In this document: positions 10,948-19,035 of the stretch, piece by piece
Layout of the letters: the number at the start of each line of letters is the position of its first letter
Numbering within the stretch: position 1 is the first letter of the stretch
Position numbers and translations under genes: made by a program
Virus record (IMG/VR): IMGVR_UViG_3300017971_000007
Source: a virus
Length of the DNA: 64,000 bases
Strand: one strand, 5' to 3'
Notes under the pieces: model-generated
What the model saw: only the letters and a program-made list of their open reading frames with translations
Told to the model about the DNA's origin: nothing
Databases searched by the model: none

Positions 10948-10951
10948 GGCT

Positions 10952-11242
10952 ATGATTACTTCCTTACTTAGTTCCTTTCCGTTGTACGCCGAGCTGGGGA
11001 AACTTGGTATTGTCGGCGTTGTTGTGGGCGTTCTTATCTATTTATTAGTGCAGAGTCGAAAAGAGGTCAGGCATCTGCTTTCCTCGAATGAGAAGTCAGC
11101 AACTGACTACATGAAGCACATAGATGAGCTGACTAAAATCACAATAGAGACTAATTGGGAGTGCAGTAAGGCCATGACAGTACAGGCTGAGGTCCTGCGC
11201 TCATTTGAGAGAATCATCGACGGACAGAGGCGAGACAAATGA
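10952..11242 (+). CDS. Small membrane protein (one N-terminal TM plus a helical tail)
   Basis: TM LGIVGVVVGVLIYLLV. Confidence 0.5.
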   Translation: MITSLLSSFPLYAELGKLGIVGVVVGVLIYLLVQSRKEVRHLLSSNEKSATDYMKHIDELTKITIETNWECSKAMTVQAEVLRSFERIIDGQRRDK

Positions 11243-11550
11243 ACGGTTTCAAGAAAACAATCGAGAGACTTGGACTAGTAGAAAAAGGGGTAATCGATGA
11301 ACTCAAATTGGGGGGCGAGGAGCTTCTAGATTATCTCGTCCAAAAGAAGATACTTGATAGTGAGTATCTTCCAATTATCAAGGAAGTGGCCGAGGATGTA
11401 GGAAGCGAGAACCAGCTTCAAGTTCTTAGGGGGGAACAGAAGATACTGAAGGTTCAGTGCTCTCACGTGATCAAGAAATCGGCGAAGATAATTGCTAGGA
11501 TGAGAGATGCTCCTATCCCCAAGAAACATGATCTAGTGGCAGTAAAATGA
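11239..11550 (+). CDS. Hypothetical protein
   Basis: 103-aa ORF with ATGA overlaps on both sides. Confidence 0.6.
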   Translation: MNGFKKTIERLGLVEKGVIDELKLGGEELLDYLVQKKILDSEYLPIIKEVAEDVGSENQLQVLRGEQKILKVQCSHVIKKSAKIIARMRDAPIPKKHDLVAVK

Positions 11551-12947
11551 ACTCATCATTCTTCGACGAATTAACAAAGATAGCAGAAGAGCATAAACTA
11601 CAAGGACATACTAATTTCCAGGGTATTCCGATTGCCGTAGAGAATAGGAAAGGGTCTGTTAGGAAAGGAACAGATTCTGACGGGAATGAGTGGCGAACGG
11701 AGATGAAGTACCCGTACGGGTATGTGAAGGGGACGAAGGGGGCTGATGGGGAAGAAATCGATGTCTATGTCGGTCCTAATAAAGAATCCCCTAATGCTTT
11801 CGTAGTCCATCAAAAGGACAAGGATACCGGGAAGTATGACGAGGATAAATGCTTTCTTGGGTTCGATTCCAAGAAAGATACTAGAGAGGCTTTCCTGAAA
11901 CACTACGACAGCCCGAAATTTTTGGGGCCTATATCCAAGGTTCCGATAGAGAAGCTAAAAGAAAAAATAAGAGAAGGTAAGCAGCTGACGAAAATCAGTT
12001 CTTGTGTGGAATTTGAGAAAAATGCTGTCGACCCCCTCACGTTGGCCGGATTAGGGGCCTTGTCCCATGTAGGCGCGAACCTGGCCGTGAAAGCGGGACA
12101 CGGAACAAAATTTCTTAGGAATGTGAGAAGCGGAGGTCTAGCCAGAGGAATCCGTTCTGGAATAGAAGGAAAGCCGCAGGGAATCGGAAGCAGGATGCTG
12201 GAAACGTGGGCCGGTCCGGAATTGGTGGCCACAGAGCATGCTGGAAGAGGTATCGGAAAGATATTAAGAGGGAGAACTCCTCATCAGCAAAAAAGAGCAC
12301 TAAAGAAATTACGAAAAGCCGTGGCTATGAACCCAAACTTAAAACATACCCCGATAATGGAGGACGTAGTAGGAGGAGTAACTAAGGCAATAGAGGGAGG
12401 ATTACCGAAAGCTGGACCGGTTAGAGAAGCTGGAAGGCTTGCAAGAGCTGCCGCATTCGCTCCAGCACCTATTCTGGCCGCGACCGAACCCTCGGCCTTA
12501 GTTCATATGGGAATTAATGTGGCCAGAAAGGGTGTAGCTCAAAGCAAAGCAGGCAAAGAGTTCATGAGAAAGGGTATGAAACGTGGTCTAGTAGAAGGGG
12601 GAGCAGATGCTGCTCCTTCTGTTAGGGAGAGGATAATGGATGTCCTAGTTTCTCCAGCCGCCTTGCACACAGAACGTATGGGCAGAGCCATGGCGGACCT
12701 TCCTGCAACAGCTAGTAAAGAGCAGTTAGCTAGATTAACCGGAGCTAGCCATAGTTTGATGGGTCAAAAAAGATTGAGAGGTGCTATCAAGAGGGCACCT
12801 AAGGCAGCCGAAGAAAAAATTAAAGGCGAGGCAAGACAGATTAGAGGCGATATCCAGGAAATGGCCCGTCCGGCTCCAAGGAAGGCTTCTCCAGCACCTT
12901 CTGTCGGTGCTACAGATTACGGCATACCATTGGGAGTAAGATGGTGA
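11547..12947 (+). CDS. Two-domain protein: FFDELTKIA tag, inorganic-pyrophosphatase-like (InPase) domain, then a Gly/Ala-rich basic helical domain
   Basis: FQGIPIAVENRKGSVRKG..W...MKYPYGYVKGTKGADGEEIDVYVGP...HQ.....YDEDKCFLGF...A...HY matches the InPase domain of phage/plasmid polyvalent proteins. Confidence 0.75.
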   Translation: MNSSFFDELTKIAEEHKLQGHTNFQGIPIAVENRKGSVRKGTDSDGNEWRTEMKYPYGYVKGTKGADGEEIDVYVGPNKESPNAFVVHQKDKDTGKYDEDKCFLGFDSKKDTREAFLKHYDSPKFLGPISKVPIEKLKEKIREGKQLTKISSCVEFEKNAVDPLTLAGLGALSHVGANLAVKAGHGTKFLRNVRSGGLARGIRSGIEGKPQGIGSRMLETWAGPELVATEHAGRGIGKILRGRTPHQQKRALKKLRKAVAMNPNLKHTPIMEDVVGGVTKAIEGGLPKAGPVREAGRLARAAAFAPAPILAATEPSALVHMGINVARKGVAQSKAGKEFMRKGMKRGLVEGGADAAPSVRERIMDVLVSPAALHTERMGRAMADLPATASKEQLARLTGASHSLMGQKRLRGAIKRAPKAAEEKIKGEARQIRGDIQEMARPAPRKASPAPSVGATDYGIPLGVRW

Positions 12948-13516
12948 AAGCAATAACAACCGCGATTATTGTGTATTCTCTCCACATGTTCATGTTCTCC
13001 TTTATACACCCGTCAGAGATTGTCGCGCAAGAAAGGTGTCGTACGCAAAATTATGACAACGCTGACGTAGAGCCTGATTATAGTTGTCCCGGTCCTGGGG
13101 AAGATGTCATCATCCCTTCCATGTCGTATAACCCGTCTAGGGGATTGGTGAGAGGTTCTACTATCCTTCCCATGAACGGAGACAAGATAGTTCTAGGATA
13201 CGATGCGGTATTAATGGATAAAAACAAGACCATCGAACTCGGTCTGACGGTAAAGGGATTGAGGAAATTGAGATGGATGGATTTGAAGTTCGTGAAGAAG
13301 ATGTTTGAGGTTAATCTCAACGCCGAAAAATCTGTATTCAATTCGAGATTGGATTTTCAGAAAAGTAGGGTCGAAACGTGCATCAATCAGAGAGATGAGA
13401 TAAAAAAAGAGCTCGAGAGCTCGAGCAAATGGTATAAGAGCTGGCCGGTCGGTGCTATCATAGGGTCAATGGTAACAGCCGCAGTCATGACTGCGGTTTT
13501 CGCTGCCGTGGAATAG
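12941..13516 (+). CDS. Secreted/membrane protein with coiled coil and C-terminal TM, possibly a spanin component
   Basis: N-terminal signal-like segment, central coiled coil, C-terminal WYKSWPVGAIIGSMVTAAVMTAVFAA. Confidence 0.4.
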   Translation: MVKAITTAIIVYSLHMFMFSFIHPSEIVAQERCRTQNYDNADVEPDYSCPGPGEDVIIPSMSYNPSRGLVRGSTILPMNGDKIVLGYDAVLMDKNKTIELGLTVKGLRKLRWMDLKFVKKMFEVNLNAEKSVFNSRLDFQKSRVETCINQRDEIKKELESSSKWYKSWPVGAIIGSMVTAAVMTAVFAAVE

Positions 13517-13533
13517 TCTTAATTAGGTTAGTG

Positions 13534-13566
13534 AGGGGAGTCCGCGAAAACGGACTCCCCTTTTTT
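13534..13566 (+). terminator. Rho-independent terminator at the convergence of the + and - gene blocks
   Basis: GGGGAGTCCG-cgaaaa-CGGACTCCCC followed by TTTTTT. Confidence 0.9.
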
Positions 13567-13724
13567 CATTTAATCACTGCATCATTTAGAAGACGGGTTC
13601 TTAACTTGGATATTGAATCTAGATTTTTGGTAGATATCCCTATCTTATTAGCCAATTTGATGAGCTGTTTCTCAGATAGGGAATAGAATTCGTCTTCGCC
13701 TAGTTCGACGAAACTAGGCTCCAC
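13566..13724 (-). CDS. 52-aa ORF absent from the ORF track (HeH/Rho-N-like); probable -1 frameshift extension of the upstream gene
   Basis: GTG overlaps the upstream TAG. Translates as VEPSFVELGEDEFYSLSEKQLIKLANKIGISTKNLDSISKLRTRLLNDAVIK, with TGA ending at 13566. Confidence 0.75.
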   Translation of the reverse strand: MEPSFVELGEDEFYSLSEKQLIKLANKIGISTKNLDSISKLRTRLLNDAVIK

Positions 13725-13733
13725 TACTTTCCC
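13698..13733 (-). promoter_or_regulatory. Programmed -1 ribosomal frameshift signal (G GGA AAG, 7-nt spacer, 8-bp hairpin)
   Basis: Slippery heptamer 13733-13727 sits in frame just before the TAG. Stem GCCTAGTT/AACTAGGC at 13719-13698. The -1 frame is open for 53 further codons. Confidence 0.7.
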
Positions 13734-14419
13734 TCTTCCTCCTCCTCTTCGAGCTTCTCATTTATTTCTTTGTCCAAATCACTGAATCCGAGATCGTCTG
13801 GAGCGTTATCGATGGTCAGAACCTCATCGTTTTCGAGCCACGAGCCGAGATGGAAAATCATTTCTCTGGCTGCCCATGCATTATCGGCGGATTCTTTCAG
13901 AGCCTTAGTTACCTCTTTTCCTCTCGCATCTGCTGCATCGGAAAGCCCGTCTACGATTTCTCCGATGTCATCGATCTTCTTTTCTTGTCTTGTCAATCGC
14001 TCATCAATTTTCTGAAGAATTTGCACCAAATCAGACTGCTGGCTTGGGGATGAGGCTTTAGAAGACTTTTTGGATCTCTTTTCTTGTCCCTTCTCCTCTT
14101 CCTCCTCGTCCTTTGATTCTTCCTCGTCTTTCGCTTCTTCTTCATCCACTTTTCGTCCGCGTCCCCGTTTTAGCCTGGACCCGCCACTCTTCTCCTTTTT
14201 CAGCTTACTCCCTTTCCCCTTCTTCTCCTTCTTTTCCTTCTTGTCTGATTTTTCGTCTTCTTCCGCAGCCCCTCCGTCTTGGTTTTCGAAGAGCCAATCC
14301 TTAAGCTCATCAACTCCCATCTCGTTGGCTTTCTTGGCGCTGAGACCTAGCTTCTTGACCAAACGCCGGGCTTCAATCCCTGTCATATCATCGATTTCTT
14401 CTCGGCTATACTTTGACAT
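13724..14419 (-). CDS. Highly charged protein: N-terminal HeH/Rho-N-like helices, K/E-rich linker, coiled coil
   Basis: 231 aa; RBS GGAGG upstream; low-complexity linker. Confidence 0.7.
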   Translation of the reverse strand: MSKYSREEIDDMTGIEARRLVKKLGLSAKKANEMGVDELKDWLFENQDGGAAEEDEKSDKKEKKEKKGKGSKLKKEKSGGSRLKRGRGRKVDEEEAKDEEESKDEEEEEKGQEKRSKKSSKASSPSQQSDLVQILQKIDERLTRQEKKIDDIGEIVDGLSDAADARGKEVTKALKESADNAWAAREMIFHLGSWLENDEVLTIDNAPDDLGFSDLDKEINEKLEEEEEEGK

Positions 14420-14615
14420 TCTTGCCTCCTTTGACCGGTTTCACCAGTATCTGATATGCCGTTTCTCCAGCTATCTGAATTATTTCCTGTCTCGCTTGTA
14501 TGATATATTCTTCTGTGACTACCCAATCTCCACACCCTTCACAATTCCTAATCTTGTCTATGGTCGCGTCTTTGCATCTGCCCAGCTTGTCGCAGGTTTT
14601 GCAAATCTTATTCAT
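14406..14615 (-). CDS. Small Cys-rich hypothetical protein
   Basis: CKTC...C...CEGC; operon-coupled. Confidence 0.6.
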   Translation of the reverse strand: MNKICKTCDKLGRCKDATIDKIRNCEGCGDWVVTEEYIIQARQEIIQIAGETAYQILVKPVKGGKNVKV

Positions 14616-15051
14616 TTCTATCTATCAACTCCCTATTCTCCAACACACATTCCAAAACCTTCAAATCCGTGCAGTCCCAACAGCATGTATCGCATTGAAC
14701 TTGGGAGTGGATGAACTTCCAGTATTCGCATATCGCTCCCTTTAGAACATTCCTATCTTTGTGTACAGGATTTAATTTGAATTGTTTCGGAGATTCCACT
14801 CCTCTTATCAAATCCATGAGTAGTTCCCTGCCCATTCCCCTATGAATCACCTTCCACATTTCCTGTTCTTCTTTTAACGGAAGTCCGTGCAGGCACAACT
14901 CGACTAACTCACTGTCATTGAATTCATCCCACGGAATGTATGTTGTAGAATACTCAGTCTTTCCTCCTTTCTTTTTGTACTCCTGAATCAGGCAATATCT
15001 CTCATTTGTATGATTTGGTTCAGGAGGGAGTGAGGGTTCTATTTTACTCAT
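14608..15051 (-). CDS. Hypothetical protein with a C-terminal Cys cluster
   Basis: QCDTCCWDC...EC; overlaps both neighbours. Confidence 0.65.
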   Translation of the reverse strand: MSKIEPSLPPEPNHTNERYCLIQEYKKKGGKTEYSTTYIPWDEFNDSELVELCLHGLPLKEEQEMWKVIHRGMGRELLMDLIRGVESPKQFKLNPVHKDRNVLKGAICEYWKFIHSQVQCDTCCWDCTDLKVLECVLENRELIDRNE

Positions 15052-15515
15052 GTACCACTCCTAAAACATCTTAGTGATACGTTTACGGAAGGTTCTCTAA
15101 CGGTCTTGGTTTTTGCGCAAAACAAGACAAAAGTGGAACTATCATCTATCCCAGTCGCATACTTTATGGCGTCTTCAAGAAGTTTGATTCTATTGCTCAG
15201 GTCTATCCTCTTCCATTTTGAAGATGACTTTCCCTTCTCCCATCCCTTGTTTTGGATATCACTGAATTTGAAGACGAGATACAGACCGTATTGCTCAGAT
15301 AAAGAGAACTTATTTAAAACGAGGTCACCTGATTTGGATATAGTATTTACGGCTCTAGTCCTCCAAGCATATGCCTCTTTGGTCAAAGCTCTACCTTTTC
15401 CAGGTATGTTCCTGTATATCTTGTTGCTTGTGGGAGGCATGGGAAGTTCCACATCAACAACTGTTCTTGACTGGCATATGCCAGTCAAGATTCTGTCTAT
15501 CTCTTTTTTGACCAT
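15048..15515 (-). CDS. RusA-like Holliday junction resolvase
   Basis: LPMPPTSNKIYR and RIDLSNRIKLLEDAI...GIDDS follow the RusA DxxNxxKxxxDA...DD pattern. Confidence 0.8.
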   Translation of the reverse strand: MVKKEIDRILTGICQSRTVVDVELPMPPTSNKIYRNIPGKGRALTKEAYAWRTRAVNTISKSGDLVLNKFSLSEQYGLYLVFKFSDIQNKGWEKGKSSSKWKRIDLSNRIKLLEDAIKYATGIDDSSTFVLFCAKTKTVREPSVNVSLRCFRSGT

Positions 15516-16180
15516 CTTTCCTCTCTTGTGGAGCGAGATTCCCCTCTGACTGGTTTCGTGTATTTGGAATCTCTGGAAAATCCAGATACACGTGCTCGTA
15601 CCCGCTGTCTGTGATTTTCGATGAACGAGGCTCTATTGCCGTGCCTCTCCCCATCCAATGCAATAGTCACGTTTCTGGATACAGTCTTCAGTGTGGCATC
15701 GGCACAATTTACTATCGGCAGCATCAGGTCGTGCATACACTTCAGTTTCAACAATTCAGAATTAGCGTGGACATATCTCGCATCTACAATCTGTTTCGAG
15801 TCTTTCACCTTCTCTGTACCGTCTTTAGCCAATCTGACCTTCGCGCTCACGAATTTGAATACCTCCTCAGCCTCCCTCATTCTCGATATCAGACATCCTA
15901 GTTGATGAGAGACGTATTCATAATACGTGTGAGCTACCAGATACAGCTCTCCGAGTTCCTGCCATGTAAGTTGTTGTAAATTTCTCGGTATGTGAGGAGA
16001 GCCGTTTTTGAAGAATTGTGAATCAGTGAATCCAGGTTTCTCCTTGACGTATATCCCCATGCGATGGAGCTCATCCATCGCTCTATCGGATACTCTATAG
16101 GAAGCGATTGCATCTGGAATATCCGCGTACGGCTTTCCGCTCATCAACTTCTTGGCTTTAGGAGAAATCCTATCTCTCAT
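15497..16180 (-). CDS. Helical protein, possibly a UvsY-like recombination mediator
   Basis: Long amphipathic helices within the recombination cluster; the functional call is weak. Confidence 0.35.
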   Translation of the reverse strand: MRDRISPKAKKLMSGKPYADIPDAIASYRVSDRAMDELHRMGIYVKEKPGFTDSQFFKNGSPHIPRNLQQLTWQELGELYLVAHTYYEYVSHQLGCLISRMREAEEVFKFVSAKVRLAKDGTEKVKDSKQIVDARYVHANSELLKLKCMHDLMLPIVNCADATLKTVSRNVTIALDGERHGNRASFIENHRQRVRARVSGFSRDSKYTKPVRGESRSTREERWSKKR

Positions 16181-17007
16181 TTTCTCTTTCTCCTGAAACC
16201 TTCTATTATGGTCTTCTTCCCTCTCGGATTGGGTTTACAGATATGGAAGTATCTGCACTCATAACAAAACATGCTGCATTCTCTAGGAGGAGGGGAGTTT
16301 TCTATGGCGGCCATTCTGACGAACAGTATTTTCTTGGATATCGCCTTCCATATTTCTGGATCAAATACTAGTGGAAACTCTAGAATAGATGATGTGTTCT
16401 TGTTGTAATACAGGATGTTCATCAGAGGGAGGTCCAAGCACGCCATGTAAAGCGTAGACTGGACAATGTGTTCTGGTTTCGGACCGTTTAGTTTGTCGAA
16501 TAACTCGGTCTTGATGGATTTGATTTCTAGGCCGAATCTTATCTGATTCCCTAATTTTATCTCGAATATCCCATCTGTGGTTGAGACTATCTCCAGTCTA
16601 TTCGCTTCCTGGCTGGTCTTCGGAGAAATGCCTACTTCATCATTGAAGTCATATTCTTCGTTCGATCTCCTGGCTATTTCGTTCAAGTAAGCTTGTAGCT
16701 GTATATGTATTTGGGTTCCGGTATCGAAAATTCTCCTATTTCTCGGTTTCGTTCTTTGTACCGGTTCCTCTCCGATGTATCTGTAGTAAAGCATTCTTCC
16801 GCATCCCATGGGATATTTCCCACAAAGTGAGTGCCCGGTAGTCGAGCCTATATCGGATGCACTAAACACATACAAGCTTCTAGAGTTTTCTAGATTGAGG
16901 TCATCTAGATGTGAATCAATTCTCGGAAGAAGTTGGATCTCGGATTTCGCTTCTCTTATTTCTTCTGCGCTCAGTTCCTCCAGTTCTTTTATCGTCCTTA
17001 CTTTCAT
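16177..17007 (-). CDS. Cas4-like/RecB-family PD-(D/E)xK exonuclease with a 4-Cys cluster
   Basis: CGRMLYY, GTQIH, TDG, LEIKS, QSTLYM and C-terminal CYECRYFHIC. Confidence 0.8.
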   Translation of the reverse strand: MKVRTIKELEELSAEEIREAKSEIQLLPRIDSHLDDLNLENSRSLYVFSASDIGSTTGHSLCGKYPMGCGRMLYYRYIGEEPVQRTKPRNRRIFDTGTQIHIQLQAYLNEIARRSNEEYDFNDEVGISPKTSQEANRLEIVSTTDGIFEIKLGNQIRFGLEIKSIKTELFDKLNGPKPEHIVQSTLYMACLDLPLMNILYYNKNTSSILEFPLVFDPEIWKAISKKILFVRMAAIENSPPPRECSMFCYECRYFHICKPNPRGKKTIIEGFRRKRK

Positions 17008-17509
17008 TAACCATCTCCAGAAATATTTGAAGGGGAATTACAGCAAAAGATTGCCCGGCTTTCTTGAATTCCACGACCAGAACAGGAATTTCATCTCCTG
17101 TAGCTTGGTCAGAGATTTTAGACAAGTAAGAAAGTTTTAGAGGCCACTGTCTCTCATTGTCCGTGAATTTGTGCTCTATCCTAAGTTTTCCCTGAACTCT
17201 TACATCTCCTTTCGCGCCACTCAGTTCCACATTCCCAGAACCTGGCTGTCTTCTGCCCCCTACAGATTCAGCTAATCTGCTTTCCAGGTCATGAGAACTT
17301 CTGATTCTTTGCTTTCTTTCTTTTATCTTGACTCTATCAGCGGCAGGCTTGGGTGTTATCAAGTTCAATTCAAGCGAGAATTCACTATCCTGTAAACATC
17401 GGTGACAGATATAGATTACAGTGTCCGGCATCTTTATCGCTACGGTGTCCCCGACCCTCTTGCAAATTAAGCATCTATGACCGTAATCCGCAGCTTCTAT
17501 ACGAGTCAT
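16916..17509 (-). CDS. Hjc-like PD-(D/E)xK Holliday junction resolvase with an N-terminal Zn finger
   Basis: ESRLAESVGGRRQPGSG...KGDV...IEHK; CLIC...CHRC. Confidence 0.7.
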   Translation of the reverse strand: MTRIEAADYGHRCLICKRVGDTVAIKMPDTVIYICHRCLQDSEFSLELNLITPKPAADRVKIKERKQRIRSSHDLESRLAESVGGRRQPGSGNVELSGAKGDVRVQGKLRIEHKFTDNERQWPLKLSYLSKISDQATGDEIPVLVVEFKKAGQSFAVIPLQIFLEMVNESKDDKRTGGTERRRNKRSEIRDPTSSEN

Positions 17510-18876
17510 ATAAACCTCACATGCGCTAGTCCGGAGTCTATGTATGCTTTATCCAGCAACGAATCAAACAGCTCACGGTTGTTCTCTAATTCGGATATGA
17601 GCTTTCCCTTGCCGTGGATATTCTTTCCCAGGACTTTGTAGTGCCCAGACCCGTCCCCTTCAATTAATCCAAGTTTTCTGGACAGATCAATTAAGTCCGT
17701 TACAACATCCGCTTCCAATGGAGAGAAATACAGATTGAACGCGCCTTTGGCCTTTTCTCTCGCTCCTCCTTTAGCTTTTCTTATCTCCCAGTTTATCTCC
17801 TTTCCGATTATTTCATCGCTCTTCATTTTTATGAACGGGCCGGGATGCATGCTCACGCGAATGTGATACAGATGGTTAAGCATCCTCGCTCCGGTAGCAT
17901 CATACGGGCGACCCATTACTTTGCCAGTTGTTCTTATTTTCGCCCTAACCTGTCTGATGCAATAAATCGTTGTCTCGTTTATCTCTACAGCTGGGTAGAG
18001 ACCCTTCCAGTCAGAGCATTTTCCGCAGGTGTAATGGTACTTCCCTTCGTTTGAATTGATAACTTTTTTAGATACGGGAAGATGCCCACATTTTGGGCAT
18101 CTGTAGACAGGTCCCAAAGAATCTAAGATTTTCTTTCCCCATCTAGTCTGTAGCATGGAGGAAGACGCTATTTGGGGAATCTCATCCAAATCAGATGTTT
18201 CCTCTTGAGCCGTTATCATCGCATCCCAGGAATCTATACCTATCATTTGGTAGATATTGGTACTGGCTGCTTTGACTAATCCATCTAAGACACTCTCCGT
18301 ATCACTGTCAAAAATGTGGAAAGCCCCGACTTTTTCGCAGCTTATTGCCTCCTTAATTTCTTCCTTTGTTAGAGGGGGCTCGCCTCTTCTCTTTCTGGCC
18401 CTTTGTGATACAGCCACGTCATATTCGGACATCGAAATCTTGCATCCACATTGTTGGGCAAACTGTTTATCGACAAATGATTCGAAACAGGCCATCCCCA
18501 AACATGACTTATCTCCATATCTTCTCTGTATCTCAGCGAAGTGCTTATAAAGCAGAAAGTTCTTCCCGATACCTTCAGGGCCGTCAAATTGATGAACCTT
18601 TCCTGCGATGAGACCTCCACCAGCGGCTATATCCAAACTCGGTATGCCGCTTGGTCTGCGGAGATCACTTACATCCCAGGCGTTGTTGGCTGACCTAACG
18701 ACTGGCCCATAATCACCGTACCTCATATTTATGTCGCGGATGACCTCGTCCGGAGTCGGTTTGGGGAACTTATTCCAGGTACTAGGGTCTCTTACTTCGT
18801 AAGCTTCCTCAGCAGTTTCAGTCTTAGGCTCTTTAGGTTTCTTGGTTGGTTGCTTTTTCGACTTAGTCTTTCTCAT
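17506..18876 (-). CDS. recA: RecA-family recombinase with a Zn-ribbon insertion
   Basis: PSGIPSLDIAAGGGL, Walker A GPEGIGKN, Walker B IGIDSW, IRQVRAKI, ATGARMLNH. Start MRKTK follows GAGGAG. Confidence 0.85.
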   Translation of the reverse strand: MRKTKSKKQPTKKPKEPKTETAEEAYEVRDPSTWNKFPKPTPDEVIRDINMRYGDYGPVVRSANNAWDVSDLRRPSGIPSLDIAAGGGLIAGKVHQFDGPEGIGKNFLLYKHFAEIQRRYGDKSCLGMACFESFVDKQFAQQCGCKISMSEYDVAVSQRARKRRGEPPLTKEEIKEAISCEKVGAFHIFDSDTESVLDGLVKAASTNIYQMIGIDSWDAMITAQEETSDLDEIPQIASSSMLQTRWGKKILDSLGPVYRCPKCGHLPVSKKVINSNEGKYHYTCGKCSDWKGLYPAVEINETTIYCIRQVRAKIRTTGKVMGRPYDATGARMLNHLYHIRVSMHPGPFIKMKSDEIIGKEINWEIRKAKGGAREKAKGAFNLYFSPLEADVVTDLIDLSRKLGLIEGDGSGHYKVLGKNIHGKGKLISELENNRELFDSLLDKAYIDSGLAHVRFI

Positions 18877-19024
18877 CCGTCTCCTCAAAAGGTTCTGTGC
18901 CTTTATCTGGGTCATAAGGGACGTTTATTTTCGGGTTATTGTATGGTTTTCGTTCTTCTCCTTTTTTGGAAATCTTCTCTCTTTCCACCTTATCTGGGTC
19001 TATCTTCACGCCATATTTTTCCAT
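18863..19024 (-). CDS. 53-aa charged hypothetical protein
   Basis: Strong RBS AAGGAG before ATG at 19024; fills the polA-recA gap. Confidence 0.6.
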   Translation of the reverse strand: MEKYGVKIDPDKVEREKISKKGEERKPYNNPKINVPYDPDKGTEPFEETDEKD

Positions 19025-19035
19025 TGTGTCTCCTT

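Noticed and set aside
14070-14714. 214-aa Ser/Phe-rich + strand ORF and the many other short antisense ORFs in the track
   Set aside because: They are shadows of real genes on the opposite strand, lacking RBS and motifs.
16177-17007. Cas4-like gene as part of a CRISPR-Cas system
   Set aside because: No repeat-spacer array or other cas genes were seen; solo Cas4-like nucleases are common in phage replication modules.
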